Shown here: positions 49,797 to 63,950 of the stretch, in pieces | Numbering within the stretch: the first letter of the stretch is position 1 | Layout: every line of letters starts with the position of its first letter | Assembly (NCBI GenBank): GCA_951406725.2 | Contig: OX597831.1 | Location: forward strand, 43,338,001-43,402,000 | Source: Octopus vulgaris | Lineage: Eukaryota | Reading direction: 5' to 3' | Length of the DNA stretch: 64,000 bases | Translations under genes and position numbers: made by a program | The notes under the pieces: generated by a model | What the model was told of the DNA's origin: nothing | What the model saw: only the letters and a program-made list of their open reading frames with translations | Databases searched by the model: none

Positions 49797-50473
49797 CGGT
49801 GTTAGGAATGGCATCCATGGCATTAGGAAGGGCATCCTTTGGCATTAGGAAGGACATCCTTGGCGCTAGGAAGGGCATCCAGCTGTAGAAATTTTGCCAG
49901 ATCAGATTGGAGCATGGTGCAGCATTCTGGTGGGGTGGTGTGATGTGATGTGGTATGGGGGTGTGGTATTGCATGGTGTGGTGGTGATGGGGTGTGGGGG
50001 AAGCAAGGGTGGTGTGTAAGGGATGGGATGTATAGGGAAGGTGGGGTTGGAATGTGTACAAACAGTCAGTGGGTGTATTAAAAAGATAATTAATAGCAAC
50101 AGAAACAATATTAATACCAAAAGGGAATCTTTATATCCAACTTAATACGGATGTTATGCTTGTCCAATGTAACAACATGGTTGGTTGAGATTGAAATTAA
50201 CTCCCTTCATAACATGACTAATAACAGTTTTAGAAAACTGCTTAATATATACTAGTATGAAGCACCAATTATTTTTTCAAAGTTGAATTAAGAGGTTGTG
50301 AGTGTTTTTCTTTATGACAAAAGCATTTGCAATGCGATGAAAATAGAACAAAATGGTTATTAATCAATAATCAAGTTAGATTTCAGGCTCAGTTCTCCAG
50401 GAAGTTACCATCATCATCATAGAATATAATACTGACCAAAAACTAAACTATAATCACACACAATAAAGGATAT
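49268..50473 (-). other. U12-type (minor spliceosome) AT-AC intron
   Basis: 5' site ATATCCTTT (50473-50465), branch site TTCTTTAAC (49286-49278), 3' end CAC; joining keeps the frame (GA+T = Asp). Confidence 0.92.
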
Positions 50474-50578
50474 TCACAAGAAGAATTGTAAGTGCATCCT
50501 TGCTCTTCTTCTTTATGACACAATTTATCAGTTATGAACCCACACTTGAACCCATCACAACAAGGACCTGATGTTTCA
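50474..50578 (-). CDS. ADAM10: ADAM10 exon: disintegrin domain
   Basis: (S)ETSGPCCDGFKCGFITDKLCHKEEEQGCTYNSSC(D); phase 2/2. Confidence 0.9.
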
Positions 50579-50699
50579 CTGAAATAGAGAGAAAATAATT
50601 ATTTGCAGCTGGAAAATACTCAATAGAAACACAATTATTTAAAATTTCCATTATTGATGTGGATACATTAAAATAACGAAATATAACTATTTGATAGTA

Positions 50700-51030
50700 A
50701 GGCATCATAGGAACTTCCTGAATATATAGACATTTTTATTGAGATGAGACTCGCCATGTATTGTATGCCTGCAGCACAATGGTGGCACTCCAATGAGAGT
50801 CTTCCCAATTAAGTGCAAGTCCTCCAACTGCCTTGCTACTCTTGACCAACCAGCTTGATATTGTCCATCCAGTGTTCTCTGTCTGCCTCTTGATATACTA
50901 CCCTTTACCCTTCCTTGCATGATAATGTTTTCCAGTCTTCTGCTTCTGCAAATATGGCCATAATAGATGAGCTTTTGCTTTTCTCACAATGTTCAGGAGT
51001 TGTTGTCTTTCACCTGCTTGTTGGAGACTA
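50700..51030 (-). mobile_element. RTE-clade LINE 3' fragment
   Basis: Minus strand encodes KQKLIYYGHICRSRRLENIIMQGRVKGSISRGRQR, resembling the RTE ORF C-terminus. Confidence 0.65.
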
Positions 51031-51620
51031 GATAATCATTTAAAATCATATGACATACTTTGCAGTATGATTTACTAAGTAGTTCAGAATATTAAAATAT
51101 TTTTTGCATGAATGTATTTAGAATCGTAAAGTTTTGCTGTAGATAATAATAATTTCTTCCATTGGCACAAAACTATAAATTTGTAAAGATGGCCACAATC
51201 AATTCAATGTATCCCCAGAGTGCAACTAGTATTTAGTTTATTGATCCAGAAGCGAAAGGTATAAGAAATTCCCAATGAATTTAACCCTTTTGATATCAAC
51301 TCGATTAAGATCACTCGTGGTTCAATGATGCTAACTTTGTATCAAAGAGATCTAAATTTAAACTGTTCATAAAAATTTTAAGTTACTTCATGTTTTAAAC
51401 AACAGCTCAATAAACGACAGAGTTATTTCACTAAATTCAATATTTTCAAAATTAGTTGAAATAAAGACAATATTTCATGAGAAATATGGTAAGGAAAAGG
51501 GTTACAATTAAGAATGTAGAAAGACAAAGCTAAATAACACAAGGCTTTTTTGGCCATAGCATTTTATCAGTTCTACCATTTCAACACCATAAATAGTTTG
51601 TAGTCAAGTTAAAGAATTAC

Positions 51621-51774
51621 CTGCAATTAGCACCTGCTTTCAAAGTACACTGCTTTCCTTCCTTGCTACCACGGTAATGACAACATTTATTATTAATACA
51701 GTCTTCTTCATAACCGCAGTCACATTGCTCATCTCCCTCAACAAGCTTGTTACCACAGAACGCTGCTGTGCTGT
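51621..51774 (-). CDS. ADAM10: ADAM10 exon: start of disintegrin domain
   Basis: (H)STAAFCGNKLVEGDEQCDCGYEEDCINNKCC...CTLKAGANC(S). Confidence 0.95.
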
Positions 51775-52104
51775 CTATAGAATATGAAAAATATTGCAAA
51801 AAAATCAGTGGAAAGTAACTTATCATCATCATTAAACATCTATATCCTACACCAGCAAAAGTCAGACAACTTCGCAGGATCCAGTGGAGTCAAGGACTGC
51901 ATCGAACTCCAATGTCTGCTTTGGCATGGTTTCTATGGCTGGATACCTTTCCTAATGCTAACCACTTTACAGCATAGACTGAGTGCTTTTCTTTTTTGTG
52001 TGTGTGTGTGCCACCAGCACTAGTGAGGTCACTAAGCCATCTACAAGTTTACAAACCATAAAGAAGAAAAGGGGGACAACTTTATGAGAATAAGGAGTAG
52101 AGTG

Positions 52105-52470
52105 GGGACGCTGACAACGAGTAGTGTCAGAGCTATGCCGTCGGGAACTTCAGTTCCAGGTAGGGCCACCCAAGGCGGATTGGTCTGATACCAAGTGGTA
52201 TTAGGGCCACAACCCGGCAGACGGGGCTCTGGTGAAAATCCTCAGAGTGTCTGTTTCGGCAACCGGTGGCTCCTCGGTCATTCTGTCTCTGCGGACAATC
52301 TGCGGCAAACAGGATGTCTCTACATGCGGGATTGTTGGGGACCGCTTGTGAAATTCATATTCCCACGAAACTTCTTCCACTGCCATGGTTCGAGATGCCT
52401 CGAGGGTGGTAGAAGAAGCCGACTCAACCTGCCCAGGGTGAATGTCGCCACAAGTACAAGTGAGTAAGTA
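52105..52470 (+). mobile_element. GC-rich insert, possibly the 5' region of an RTE/Expander-like element
   Basis: GC-rich island in an AT-rich intron; agctatgccg...ggtagggccacccaagg resembles remembered RTE 5' sequences. Not verified. Confidence 0.35.
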
Positions 52471-54990
52471 CTATATTAAATCCTGGGATGAAATTAATAT
52501 TTTGTTGTGTCTAGGGAGAGTCATTATGCCAATATTATTAACAGATGCACTGGTTCAATTCCATTCTTTTATTAATAGTCAATTCATATAAAGAATCTTG
52601 CAAACCAGATACAAAAGTGAAATAAAATTAATAGATTTGGCAAAACACAACAGATGTTAAAAGGTTTTACTGACACCGAGAAAAACGTCAGCAACAATTT
52701 GAAGATTCCCATTAGGAAACATCAGACAGAGACCAGCTTTGCAATGACACCAGCTGAAAAGAGAGCAGCTTTACAATGAAGAATGAATGATTGCAAAAAA
52801 ATTAAAGATGAACTGCAATTAATTTTAGCAGTATAAATATGATGCAAGTGGGTGCCATTGTACAACATATATGTATTAGAGCAATCATCAACAATAAAGT
52901 ACTACAGATAGTCTGTGAAATGGAAGAGGGCATAGGTGCTGTGTGGTGAGAAGTTTGCCTCCAAACTACATGATTCCAGGTTAAGTCCCACTAAATGGTA
53001 CCTTGGGCAAGTGTCTTCTGTAGCCTTGGGCCAATCAGAGCTTTGTGAGTGAATCTGGTGGACAGAAATGAGAGAAGTTCATCATTGTGTGTATGTGTAT
53101 GTGAGTGTCCACCACCAATGCCATCTGACAACCAGTGCTGGTTTGTTTACACCCCCATGACTAAGTGGTTCGGCAAGAGACCGAAAGAATAAGTACCAGG
53201 TTTCAAAAGTAAGTACTGGGGTCAATTTGTTGAAATGACACCCCTCAAGGCAGTGCTCCAGCATGGCCTTAGTCCACTGACTGAAACAAGTATAACATGA
53301 GAGGTATCATCATGTTTTCAACAGTTACACATGAGCTTTTAGTGCCCCTCTATGACCTTAAGGTGGTGATTAGTGTCTTTTGAGAGGGCAGGATTGTGTT
53401 TTGTTCAAGACATGTTTCATTTGTGGCAAGATTTGTTTTGATGTTTCTAGTGTTTCATCTGTTTTTTTCTTTTTCCGGTGTAAAGTAGGTGTACAGGAGT
53501 TGTGATGTATTGTTGCATGATGATTGTATTTCACATGTGAAGTGTCACTTGTGTTATATGTCTTACAGAGTTCGAAAGTGAATGTGTAGAACAATGGTTT
53601 CCAACCAAAGTATCATAGACAGTATGATTAGGAAAACTGTAATGTCTTCAATTTCACCCTTTAGCAGTCATTTTATTCAAATGCAAAGCTTATTCACTGA
53701 TGCTGTTTTAAATTAATCATGCACTGTCTTGTGACTTCAAGATTTTGATCAAGTGATTGTTTTATTTTTCACAATGACATTATAGGGTAGGTGCAAGATG
53801 TGGAATCTGACCAGTCCAAGCATAAAAGAGGTAGAATATTTCAGTCAGATATGGCCAGTTTTAATACTAAAGGGTTAAATTAACATCAACTGGCAAAAAA
53901 AAAAAAGAAAAAGAAAATGCTAATAAGGATGTCACATACATTAAACACAGGGAGTCAGAGTGACATGGTTAATATTGTTCCACTGGTATAAAGTACAGCC
54001 TATGTGAATTGTTTTACATCACTGGAGTGGCAATTGTGTAGTATGTGAGTTGGTGATGGTGTGTATTAGACTGTTCATTCATAAACTATGTAGGAGTATG
54101 TGTTGTGTGGGTGGTGATTGTATAGAACATGTACCGTGTGAGTTTTATTCATATTGGTTGGTCCACATTACTCAGTAAGGAGTATAGGACCAGTTTCCCA
54201 GGTGTATGTATTCCTCCCTGGATGGGACACCGGTCCATTACAGTTTTACTCATTTTTACCAGCTGAGTGGACTGGAGCAGCATGAGATGAAGTGTTTTAC
54301 ACAAGGGCACAAAGCATTGTCCAATCCAGGAGGTGAAACCACAGCCTTACAATTACGAGTCCGACACCCTAACCATTAAGTCATGCACTTTCACTCTATA
54401 GTATTGGGTGGTATTTCTGTAGAGTATGAGTTGTGTGAAGGTGTGTGGTCTAATGGTTAGGATTTGGAGCTCACAGTCCTGAAACTGTAGGCTTATTTGC
54501 CTGGATCAGGCAGTAGGTTGTGTCCTTGAGCAAGGCACTTCATTTTACATTGGTTCAGGTCACTCAGCTGAAAAGTAGACCAGCCTAGTACTGATGCAGT
54601 CTTCTCTCTTTCTCCCCAGCTATCACATCCTGAATATTCCACTGGGTCAAGAGTGGAAGGGCTAACAGTGTGGCTATGTCAGCACATGACCACACAAGTA
54701 CTGAAAACAATTAGTAAAAGGTCACTGTAAAGTAGTTGGTGTTTGAAAGGGCATCCAGCTGTAAAAACTGTGTTTTCTAAGAGACCAGTGTGTGTTTTTC
54801 AAATAAAATAAATCATATGTATTGAGCCTGAAGGACTATTTGAAAACACAAAGTACATTATATAAATCTGCTGAATTATTGTTTCCACAGCATGAAACTA
54901 TTAGTAGCACATATTTAAATATTGTGTACATTAAATTATATTTCTCACTGCTGGAGAGCTTTTTTATTGATCCTCTCTATAATAAAACAG

Positions 54991-55032
<42 letters not shown>

Positions 55033-55504
55033 CCAGTGGAGTGGCACTATGCAAAGGCTGAAACAATGCAAAAGGCATTGTGACCAGTGAAGTATAACAT
55101 CTGATACTCTAATCAATACCATAATATACATAAACACACAGAAATACAACTGGCTTCTTTCAGTTTCTATCACACAAATCTACTCACAAGGTTTTTGGTT
55201 GGTCTGGAACTATAGTAGAAGACACTTGTCCAAGGTATCATGCAATAAGATTGAACCCGGAAGCATGCGATAAGGAAGCAAACTTTTTACCATGTAGCTA
55301 TGCCTACGCCTACACTTGTTAATTTTTCTGTTTCCAGAAGCCTTCTTCCAAAACTGCTTAGTGATTTTAGACAACCTCCATATATCATTGCATTTTTTCA
55401 GATCTCATATGTTAAGGGTTGACAAAATAAACTCATTCTGAGTATAGTAAAGGATCTCATCCAATTTGAAAATAACAAAAAAAAAAATTCTCAGTTTTAC
55501 TCAC

Positions 55505-55703
55505 GGACAAAACAATTTTTTTTCCCATTCTTTGAATTGATAACAGCATCAAGTACTCGTGTAATATTGTCTTTGCTGCAAGGTGAAAACATACTGTTGT
55601 GCTTCTTATCACCAGAGGTGGCACTAGCATACATAATATAATTGCCATCATTTGCATCTTTTTCTTCTGAGCCATATGGAGCACATTCCACACTTTTGTC
55701 ATG
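55505..55703 (-). CDS. ADAM10: ADAM10 exon: metalloprotease C-terminal part with Met-turn
   Basis: HDKSVECAPYG...GNYIMYASATSGDKKHNSMFSPCS...NCFV; AG/GT flanks. Confidence 0.95.
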
Positions 55704-57013
55704 CTGTAAAAACAAACAAACAAAAGTTATATAATATTTCTGATATTTTTGCTATGAAAATACTCAAGACAATACCAAAATCTCAAAATAGGGGAGTGAG
55801 AGACAGAGGTGGAGAAAGAGAGAACGAAAATGATTGGACCCATAAAATCACCAGCATTGTATTGTGTCGATAACCAAAAGATTATAAAATGTTTTATTTC
55901 ACAGTTACTACTGTAAAGTGGTTCAGTTAACAGTAAATACTGAATGCATAGTTGTTGTTTAGATCAAAACCAGTCCTGATTCAACAAAGGCTGTTATAGC
56001 CATGAGCCTTGTTTTGTTAAATGGGTGTTACTTGAAAGAGATCTGGTGGCTATTTTCAAGAGTGACCACATAAAGACTCACTCTGACCAGTAAAACTGAG
56101 AGATGATTGCTTTGCAGTGGTTAGTTCAGTTCACACTGTCAAGTTAAGTTTAATGATTGATTCAGCTGGAGACTTATCCAATGTCCCCTGAATGCCACAG
56201 AAACTAGAGACAAATTGTGACCTATGGATTCCAGAAGTATATAAGACGACAGGCAGGTGAAAGGTATAAATTCTAAATTTAATAGTTATTATTTTAAAGC
56301 TGGCGTTAACTAAACTCCAAGATAAACAGCTGATTATCTACGTCTATATATCCTCTGCCTAAATTCCTATTTCTTTGAAGAACAGGAAGAGGAACAACAG
56401 TGCAACAGAGCTTTTACATCCCATTCACACAAACTAAATGAAGTTAACACTTGAGCAGATTAGCGTTAAATGCAGCTGAATGAAACTTTCAGTAGGAAAT
56501 AATTCAGAGTGAAAGAACTGAAAACAGTTTACCCTACAGAGCCTGCAAAGTAAGCCAGACAAGCTTCTTTCAGTTTCTGTCCATTCACAAGGTGCTACAC
56601 TGTAGGACTGAACCCGGAACCATGTGGCTGGGAAGCAAGCTTCTTACCACACAGCCACACCTGCACCCATATATATATATCATCATCATCATCATTTAGC
56701 GTCCGCTTTCCATGCTAGCATGGGTTGGACGGGTCAACTGGGGTCTGTGAAGCTGGAAGGCTTCGTCAGGCCCAGTCAGATCTGGCAGTGTTTCTACGGC
56801 TGGATGCCCTTCCTAACGCCAACCACTCCGCGAGTGTAGTGGGTGTTTTTTACGTGCCACCTGCACAGGTGCCAGACAGAGCTGGCGAGCGGCCACGAAC
56901 GGATGGTGCTTTTACGTGTCACCGGCACGGGGCCAGGCGATGCTGGCAACGGACACGAATGGATGTTGCTTTTACGTGCCACCGACACGGGGCCAGACAG
57001 AGCTGGCAAACGG

Positions 57014-57060
<47 letters not shown>

Positions 57061-57600
57061 TGTTATTTCTCAATTGAAATGTGTCAATGTTTTAATACTA
57101 TTCTACTTGGAAGCTCTCATAAAACAGTTGCATAATTTTTCATTCATTTGACAAAGACCTACCTACATATGACTATGTATCCCTGACTCATGTAGCATCT
57201 ACATGTGAGCAAAACTGAGCAATAAACATTATAGATTTTAAATAATACCCTTATTGTTGAGCATCTTGTAAAAATGGTTTCTTGATCTAATTTCAATAAA
57301 TTAGTAGGCTTAACTCTTTAGCATTTAGATTACTCTGTCAAATGTAATACTTATTTATTCATATTGTTTTGAGTGAATCATGCATTATCCTGTAGCTTCG
57401 AAATGTTGATGATGTGATATTTTATTTTCAGAATAATATTGTAGATGTAAGAGGGCTGGATTTAGCCATTTGAACATGGAACAGGTAGGATAATAAAGGT
57501 CAGACATGGATTTCAGACATGAAGCATACTACTTTCAACAGCGTAACAGAACAGAAGCAATAAGAAGAAGAAGAAGAAGAAAAGACAAAAGAACTCTTAC

Positions 57601-57773
57601 CGGTGACCCAAAATTATGACCAACTTCATGGGCAAATGTTAACTGAGAAACTTTTGGAGGAACTCGTTGCCTAAAATTGACAAGGGTTACAACTCCAGTG
57701 TTTAAGCTCTTATCAACTTTCTTTGTACCTTCGGGGAACGGTTGAAATCTTTCACATATACCTCCCGCTGCTG
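57601..57773 (-). CDS. ADAM10: ADAM10 exon: zinc-binding catalytic motif (upstream exons outside window or not found)
   Basis: [57 protein letters not shown]; the next exon supplies HD, completing HExxHxxGxxH. Confidence 0.96.
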
Positions 57774-58369
57774 CTATAAAGAAAATACATTTTTAACTGT
57801 CTAATAATATTAACGAGAAAAGAACATATATATGTATGTATGTATGTATATATAGTTAATCCAAACATGATACACACACATAAATATATAAAGATACAGT
57901 AAGTACTGGCAAATGAAAGAGGTCAACTATGAAGAAGAATTATGTATGGCAATTAAATGTGAACAATAATATTAGTTAAAAACACTGAATTGAATACAAT
58001 TTGCAGGTATATATCAAATACACTGAGTGTTCAGTTGAATGCATGTGTTTCACTGTCTCTCTCTTTAACATGAGTAGCCATGTAGCTCCTCTACAAAAGG
58101 ACTTCAACTTCCATCTAACATAAGAATGCACCCACTATTTCTTCGGGCTTAGTAGACTTGCAAGCTGCATGGCAACATTAGCAGAGCTGATGGCATGAAA
58201 AAGGAAACCTGCAAATTAGTAGGCATTAAGAGGAGCATGCAGCTGTAGAAACTGTACCAGAGCAGACACTCAACCACAGTGAAGTCCATGAACCCACTGG
58301 ATCCTTTTCAAACTGTCCAAATCATACCAATATGGAATATGGGCATTAAATGATGACGATAGATGATTT

Positions 58370-58402
<33 letters not shown>

Positions 58403-59361
58403 CATCATCATCATTTAACATCCGTTTTCCATGCTGGCATGGGTTGGACGGTTCGATCAGGGTCTGGGAAGCCAGGAGGCTGCGCCAGGCTTCAGTCTAA
58501 TTTGGCAGTGTTTCTACAGCTGGATGCCCTTCCTAACACCAACCACTCCGTGAGTGTAGTGGGTGCTTTTTAAGTGTCACAGACACGGACGCCGGTCAGA
58601 CGGCGCTGGCATCAGCCACGTTCGGATGGTGTTTTTACGTGCCACTGGCACAGGTATCTTAACTACAGTTTCCATTTGATTTTTATTTTGATGTTGGTGT
58701 TGATGTACTTGACTCAATAGGTCTTCTCAAGAACAGCAGATCACTCTACAATCCAAGGACAGCCTGCTGTGCTAACCTTATCAAAATAAAATTATGAAGA
58801 ACTTTTGCATACATTTTCTGATTCACATATTTAAATACAGAAGTAGTGACAATCTAATTCTACCAAACCTTTTGCAAACAAAATAGTACGTTAAAAAAAA
58901 TAAGACAGTTAGTGTCAAGAAATAAGAGAAATTCATTGGTTGAATAATTAAGGTGCTAAATTTCTGACTGGTTAAATCTATATCAAGTAATATGAAGTAG
59001 AATCTATAGATAGTGTGTATGTGGGCAAGTGTCTTCTACTATAGCCTCGGGCCATCCAAAGCCTTGTGAGTGGATTTGGTAGATGGAAACTGAAAGAAGC
59101 CCGTCGTATATATATGTATGTGTATATGTTTTGTTTGTGTGTCTGTGTTTGTCCCCCCAACATCACTTGACAAGTGATGTTGGTGTGTTTACATCCCCGT
59201 AACTTAGCGGTTCGGCAAAAGAGACCGATAGAATAAGTACTAGGCTTACAAAGAATAAGTCTTGGGGTCGATTTGCTCGACTAAAGGCGGTGCTCCAGCA
59301 TGGCCACAGTCAAATGACTGAAACAAGTAAAAGAATAAAGGAATATATATATATATATATA

Positions 59362-60462
59362 TACTAGCTGGTGAACCCGGTAATTCCCAGGGGTAAAGAT
59401 GTTCTATTGAAACGCCTTATTACTCTGATAAAAGAAAGCAATTTCATTATAACTGCCACAAAAGGTGTATTTTCCATCATGAAAAAGTACAAAAAACTGT
59501 CAGCTGGAGTGGGGAGAGATTGTTGGAGGTTGGTGAGAGGCAAAGAAATTATTCTGCTTGGCAAAGGCATCTGAGAAATGTATAACTGCTGTCATTCACA
59601 GAAAATCTATTGTTTTACTGTGAGAAAAGCGCTGTTGAAGTGTTAAGTGAAATCTGGCAATTGAGGAATGAATCCATGCTAAGCCTGCATGAAGCCACAA
59701 CAAATATGTTGTGGAATAAAAAGCATATTTATTGTCATGGAAAAGTACAACTGTAAAAATGCAGAATTATCGGAGTAACGGGCATTCAAAAAAGTATGTA
59801 CGTATAGAAATGAATGAATGAAGTTTTTAATGTTTAAGATTCAAGTTAAGGAAGGGCAATAATAATGTTTAGCAGTTCAAAACTGTGAGTAGTGAAATGC
59901 AGAATTAGGTCGGCTGATTGTGAGAATCAAATATAGATCACTTTGCTAAAATCTGCAGCCCTTGGATGGTTTAAATAAATAGACAAAATCCTTTCACTTT
60001 TATAGAAAGATTAAAGAAGTATGGAAGACCCTAAATACAAAAAAAACTATGTCCATTTATGTCCAATTACATAGGAGCTCTAGGTAAAATGTTATAGTGC
60101 ATGGCCATTGTTGGGACATAAGTAGTATATGTGTAAAGTTTGGTGAAAACTGGTTGAGAATTGTGGAAATGTAAGCATTAGTCATTATACACAAACTTAC
60201 TGTGATTTATATAGGTGGAGAGTGGAAATGAATAAATCGACAAAATCCTTTCACTTTTATGAAAAGATTAAAAATGTATGGAAAACCCTAAATACAAAAA
60301 ACTAAGGCCATTTATACGTGAGCTCTGGGCAAAATGTCATAATGCATGACCATCCTTGGGACATAAGTAATGCGTGTGTAAAGTTTGGTGAAAATCAGTT
60401 GAGAATTGTGGATATGTATAAATTAGTCATTATACACACACATACTGTGATATATATATATA
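59362..60462 (+). mobile_element. Non-autonomous Helitron/Helentron-like element with duplicated 3' module
   Basis: Starts ACTAGC...AACCCGG...CCCAGGG hairpin; two ~250-bp direct repeats (~59975-60215, ~60232-60462), each ending AAGTTTGGTGAAAA...TATATAG. Confidence 0.5.
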
Positions 60463-61830
60463 GCAAGAGTACATGGAAAATTGGATTCATATAATGGACA
60501 GAAGAATGACTTCAGTTTTAACCCTTTTGGGTTCACATTACTGTCAGATATAATGTTTACTCATTCACATTGCTTTGAATTAATCATGCCTTATCTCATA
60601 GCTTCAAGCTGTCAATGAAGCAATTATTTAATTTTAGAATGATATTGTGGGGTAGGTGTAACAGACAGGATCTGGCTGGTTTGAACAGCAAAATAAATAG
60701 AATATCTGGGTTGGATATGGCTGGTTTAAATGCTAAAAGAGTTAATGTATTAAAATGTTGTAAGATACATTGAACAAACTTTTCGTTTTTCTCTGAATAA
60801 TTTACTTGTAACAAATCATTTAATGTCAGTTGTTCATGCTGGCATGAGTTGGATGGTTTGACTGGACTGGCATGCTAGAAGGCTGCACCAGACACCAGTC
60901 TGATTTGGAATGGTTTTCTATGGATGCATGCCCTTCCTAATGCCAACCACTCCAAGAGAGTAATGGGTGCTTTTATGTACCACCAGCACGAGAGTCATTT
61001 GCATGACACTGGGGTGCTTTTTTACGTGCCACTAGTATCTGCCACAAATGAATTTGATTAATGTGTGTTACACATTTTTACAAAGGCTTAGCTTTTAGAG
61101 TCAATAAATGTTTCAGACTTGGAACAGCAGCTGACTCTCAAGAAATCTCAAATGAGATCCACAATGGAGTACTCCTACTACATTTGGAACAACACTACTT
61201 CTTGACAAAAACATCCAAAAGAAAGCCATTCAAAGGATTTGACAAAGAAGAAGTCATCAATTTAACTCCAATCTCCATCCCTGATGCATTTTGATACAAC
61301 AGTCTCTGCTCCACAGAGCTAGCAATCTAGGTGCATGCCACTGTTTCAGTATTCATTCTGCATCTCCCTACCCACAAGCTCCAGACTAACCACTACTCGC
61401 ATTCCTTCCTCCTCTTGGTGTGAATCCTCTAGTTCCCATACACACACACACACATTCCCCCACCCTCCAAATCCAATTTGTAACAGCAACGTAATCAATC
61501 TCATCAGTCACAGAAAACCTGTAAAAGTGGTGGGTATCAGCTTATCTTCCCAACCATAACCATAGAAGGGAATGAAAATGAAAAAAAAATAAATAAATGA
61601 TAACACCAACAGAATGTAAGGACTAATCATCATCGTCGTCATCATTTAACGTTCACTTTTCCATGCTTGCATGGGTCAGATGGAATTTGTTGAGGCAGAT
61701 TTTCTACAGCCAGATGTCCTTGTCACCAGCCCGCACCTGCTCCTATGGCCAAACAAGTTTTTCATGGAAGATAAGAAATGGACATCTCTTACATGAAGGT
61801 GATGCTAATTTACAACCATGATATCACAAG

Positions 61831-61870
<40 letters not shown>

Positions 61871-62035
61871 GAGCTTCTTTCAGTTTCTGTCTATCATATA
61901 CACTCACAAGGTTTTAGTTGGCTTGACGGTATAGTCGAGGACACTTGCCCAAGGTGCTGCACAGCTGGAACTGAACCTGAGATCACAAGGTTAGAAGGCC
62001 AGCTTCTTAAACCTCACAGCCATGCTTGTGTTTAA

Positions 62036-63115
62036 CCCTTTCGTTACCAAACCGCCCAAAGCAGCCCCAAAAAAATTTTGGTTAATGTGACCAAACCGCC
62101 CAAACCCGCCCGTATTTACCTATTCATATTTAAATGAGAATATCAGAGCAAATCTCTTTAGTACATTCGTGAAAACACGTATTATACTTCGTAAACCGTT
62201 CAACTACAGTTTTGTACAACAATCAAAGTGTAATTTTAATTCCGTGAATTTTGGGAGATTTTTTTCCGAAATTTGTTCCTATTGTGTTTTCAAAATTTGT
62301 AATTCTGACAAAAAATGGATACGAATTTCATTATATCAAGCAGCGAGTCAGAATTCGAAGGATTTTCTACTTGAAGACCTTCATAAATCTAACTCTATGA
62401 CTGAAAAAAAAAGCACGTGGTATTTGATAATGAATCTGATGTTTCATTTTCCGAAAGTGAAAACAGTGAATCCGAGAGCTCCGACAGCGATAAAGAAAAT
62501 GAATTGGCACCTGAATGGAGTGAAAATTTAAAAACTGTTTCTTTCGGTGATTTTTCTGAAGAAACTGGACCAAGCCACAGACTTTCCCATGAGAGTAAAG
62601 CCTTAGACTATTTCTTTTTACTTTTTCGAATGAGCCTATTTGAAATCATTACGGCGGAAACGAACCGTTACGCTAAATGTAAACAAAGCGAAAGAAAGGA
62701 TAGTTAGTGGTTTCCCACAACCTTAAATGAAATTAAGACTATTTTGCCATAAATATTATTATGGGTATCAGAAAGTTACCCAGAATAACAAATTCTATCG
62801 TAAAATTTTGTTGTATACCCAATTGAATATTAGCTAATAACCCTATAGCGATGTTTGAACAAAATTTTAATAATTTTATATTTTGTTGAATTTACCTGTA
62901 TCTACATGCAATTAGAGTCACTTTGTGACAAAAATTATAGTATAGAATTGGTTGAGAATATTTCATTAAATTATCTTCCAAAAATCAGATTAATATATTG
63001 ATAAATAAAAAAGTTATAGTTGTTTAATGAAACCAGACTAAATTTATGATTATGTTAGAAATTAATTGAAACACATAAGGGGTGTATTTTGGTCAGAAAT
63101 ATAGTAACGAAAGGG
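62036..63115 (+). mobile_element. Internally deleted piggyBac transposon
   Basis: TTAA flanks (62032-62035, 63116-63119), TIR CCCTTTCGTTAC/GTAACGAAAGGG, ORF 62417-62707 with acidic N-terminus and YFFLLF...IITAETNRYA. Confidence 0.88.
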
Positions 63116-63854
63116 TTAATCACTAGTTGTGAAAAGTTAGCATTTTAACAGATTGCTTTAGTTTACACATAAATTACCTGTTCTATGAGAAAACCGATAG
63201 GTGAAAATAATGTCAACATTGTGATTAACTGACATTTCTGTATTTCATGCTGATGGAAAGAAGGTCAACAAATGTGGTGTGAAATGAAAATGAGCTAAAA
63301 ATAGGCTGCCTCTCAAACAATTTTAAGAGACTAATTAGCCATCTTGTTACCAACCAGTGATTTTGTCATTGTCAATTAATCTTCAGAGTATGGATATGTT
63401 TGAATGACATGGGGAAGAAAAAAAGGCAAGGTTTTGTAACTGTTCCCCTGTCTGAAAGAGAGGTGGAGACTGTTTTTCTCTCAGATAAAATAACAGCCCT
63501 AAGACATCAAATTCCTCATCTCTTTCATCTCTTCATCACCACCATCATCTGAACATACTTTTTCCCCAGACTTGCACAGATCTGATGGAATGTTTTGCAA
63601 CACATTGTCTATGGTTGGAAGCCCTTCCTGTTGCCAACACTTCTTTGATTCCAAGCAAGGTAATATTTCCCATGGCCAGACATATTTTCACAGATTATTG
63701 AAAATGAACAACACTGCTTGCATGACAATGACTTTCATTTATAACACACATACATAAATATTATACTTTTACAAGATGAGTGGTGACAGTGACTTCAAAG
63801 TGGAAGTCTGTGCCCAACAAAGGCTAGTAGGTTGAAACTTTGAAGTCACTAACT

Positions 63855-63859
63855 ATGTA

Positions 63860-63924
<65 letters not shown>

Positions 63925-63950
63925 ATGCATGCATGCATGCATGCATGTAC
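63855..63950. repeat. (TG)n/(CATG)n microsatellite
   Basis: Directly visible. Confidence 0.95.
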
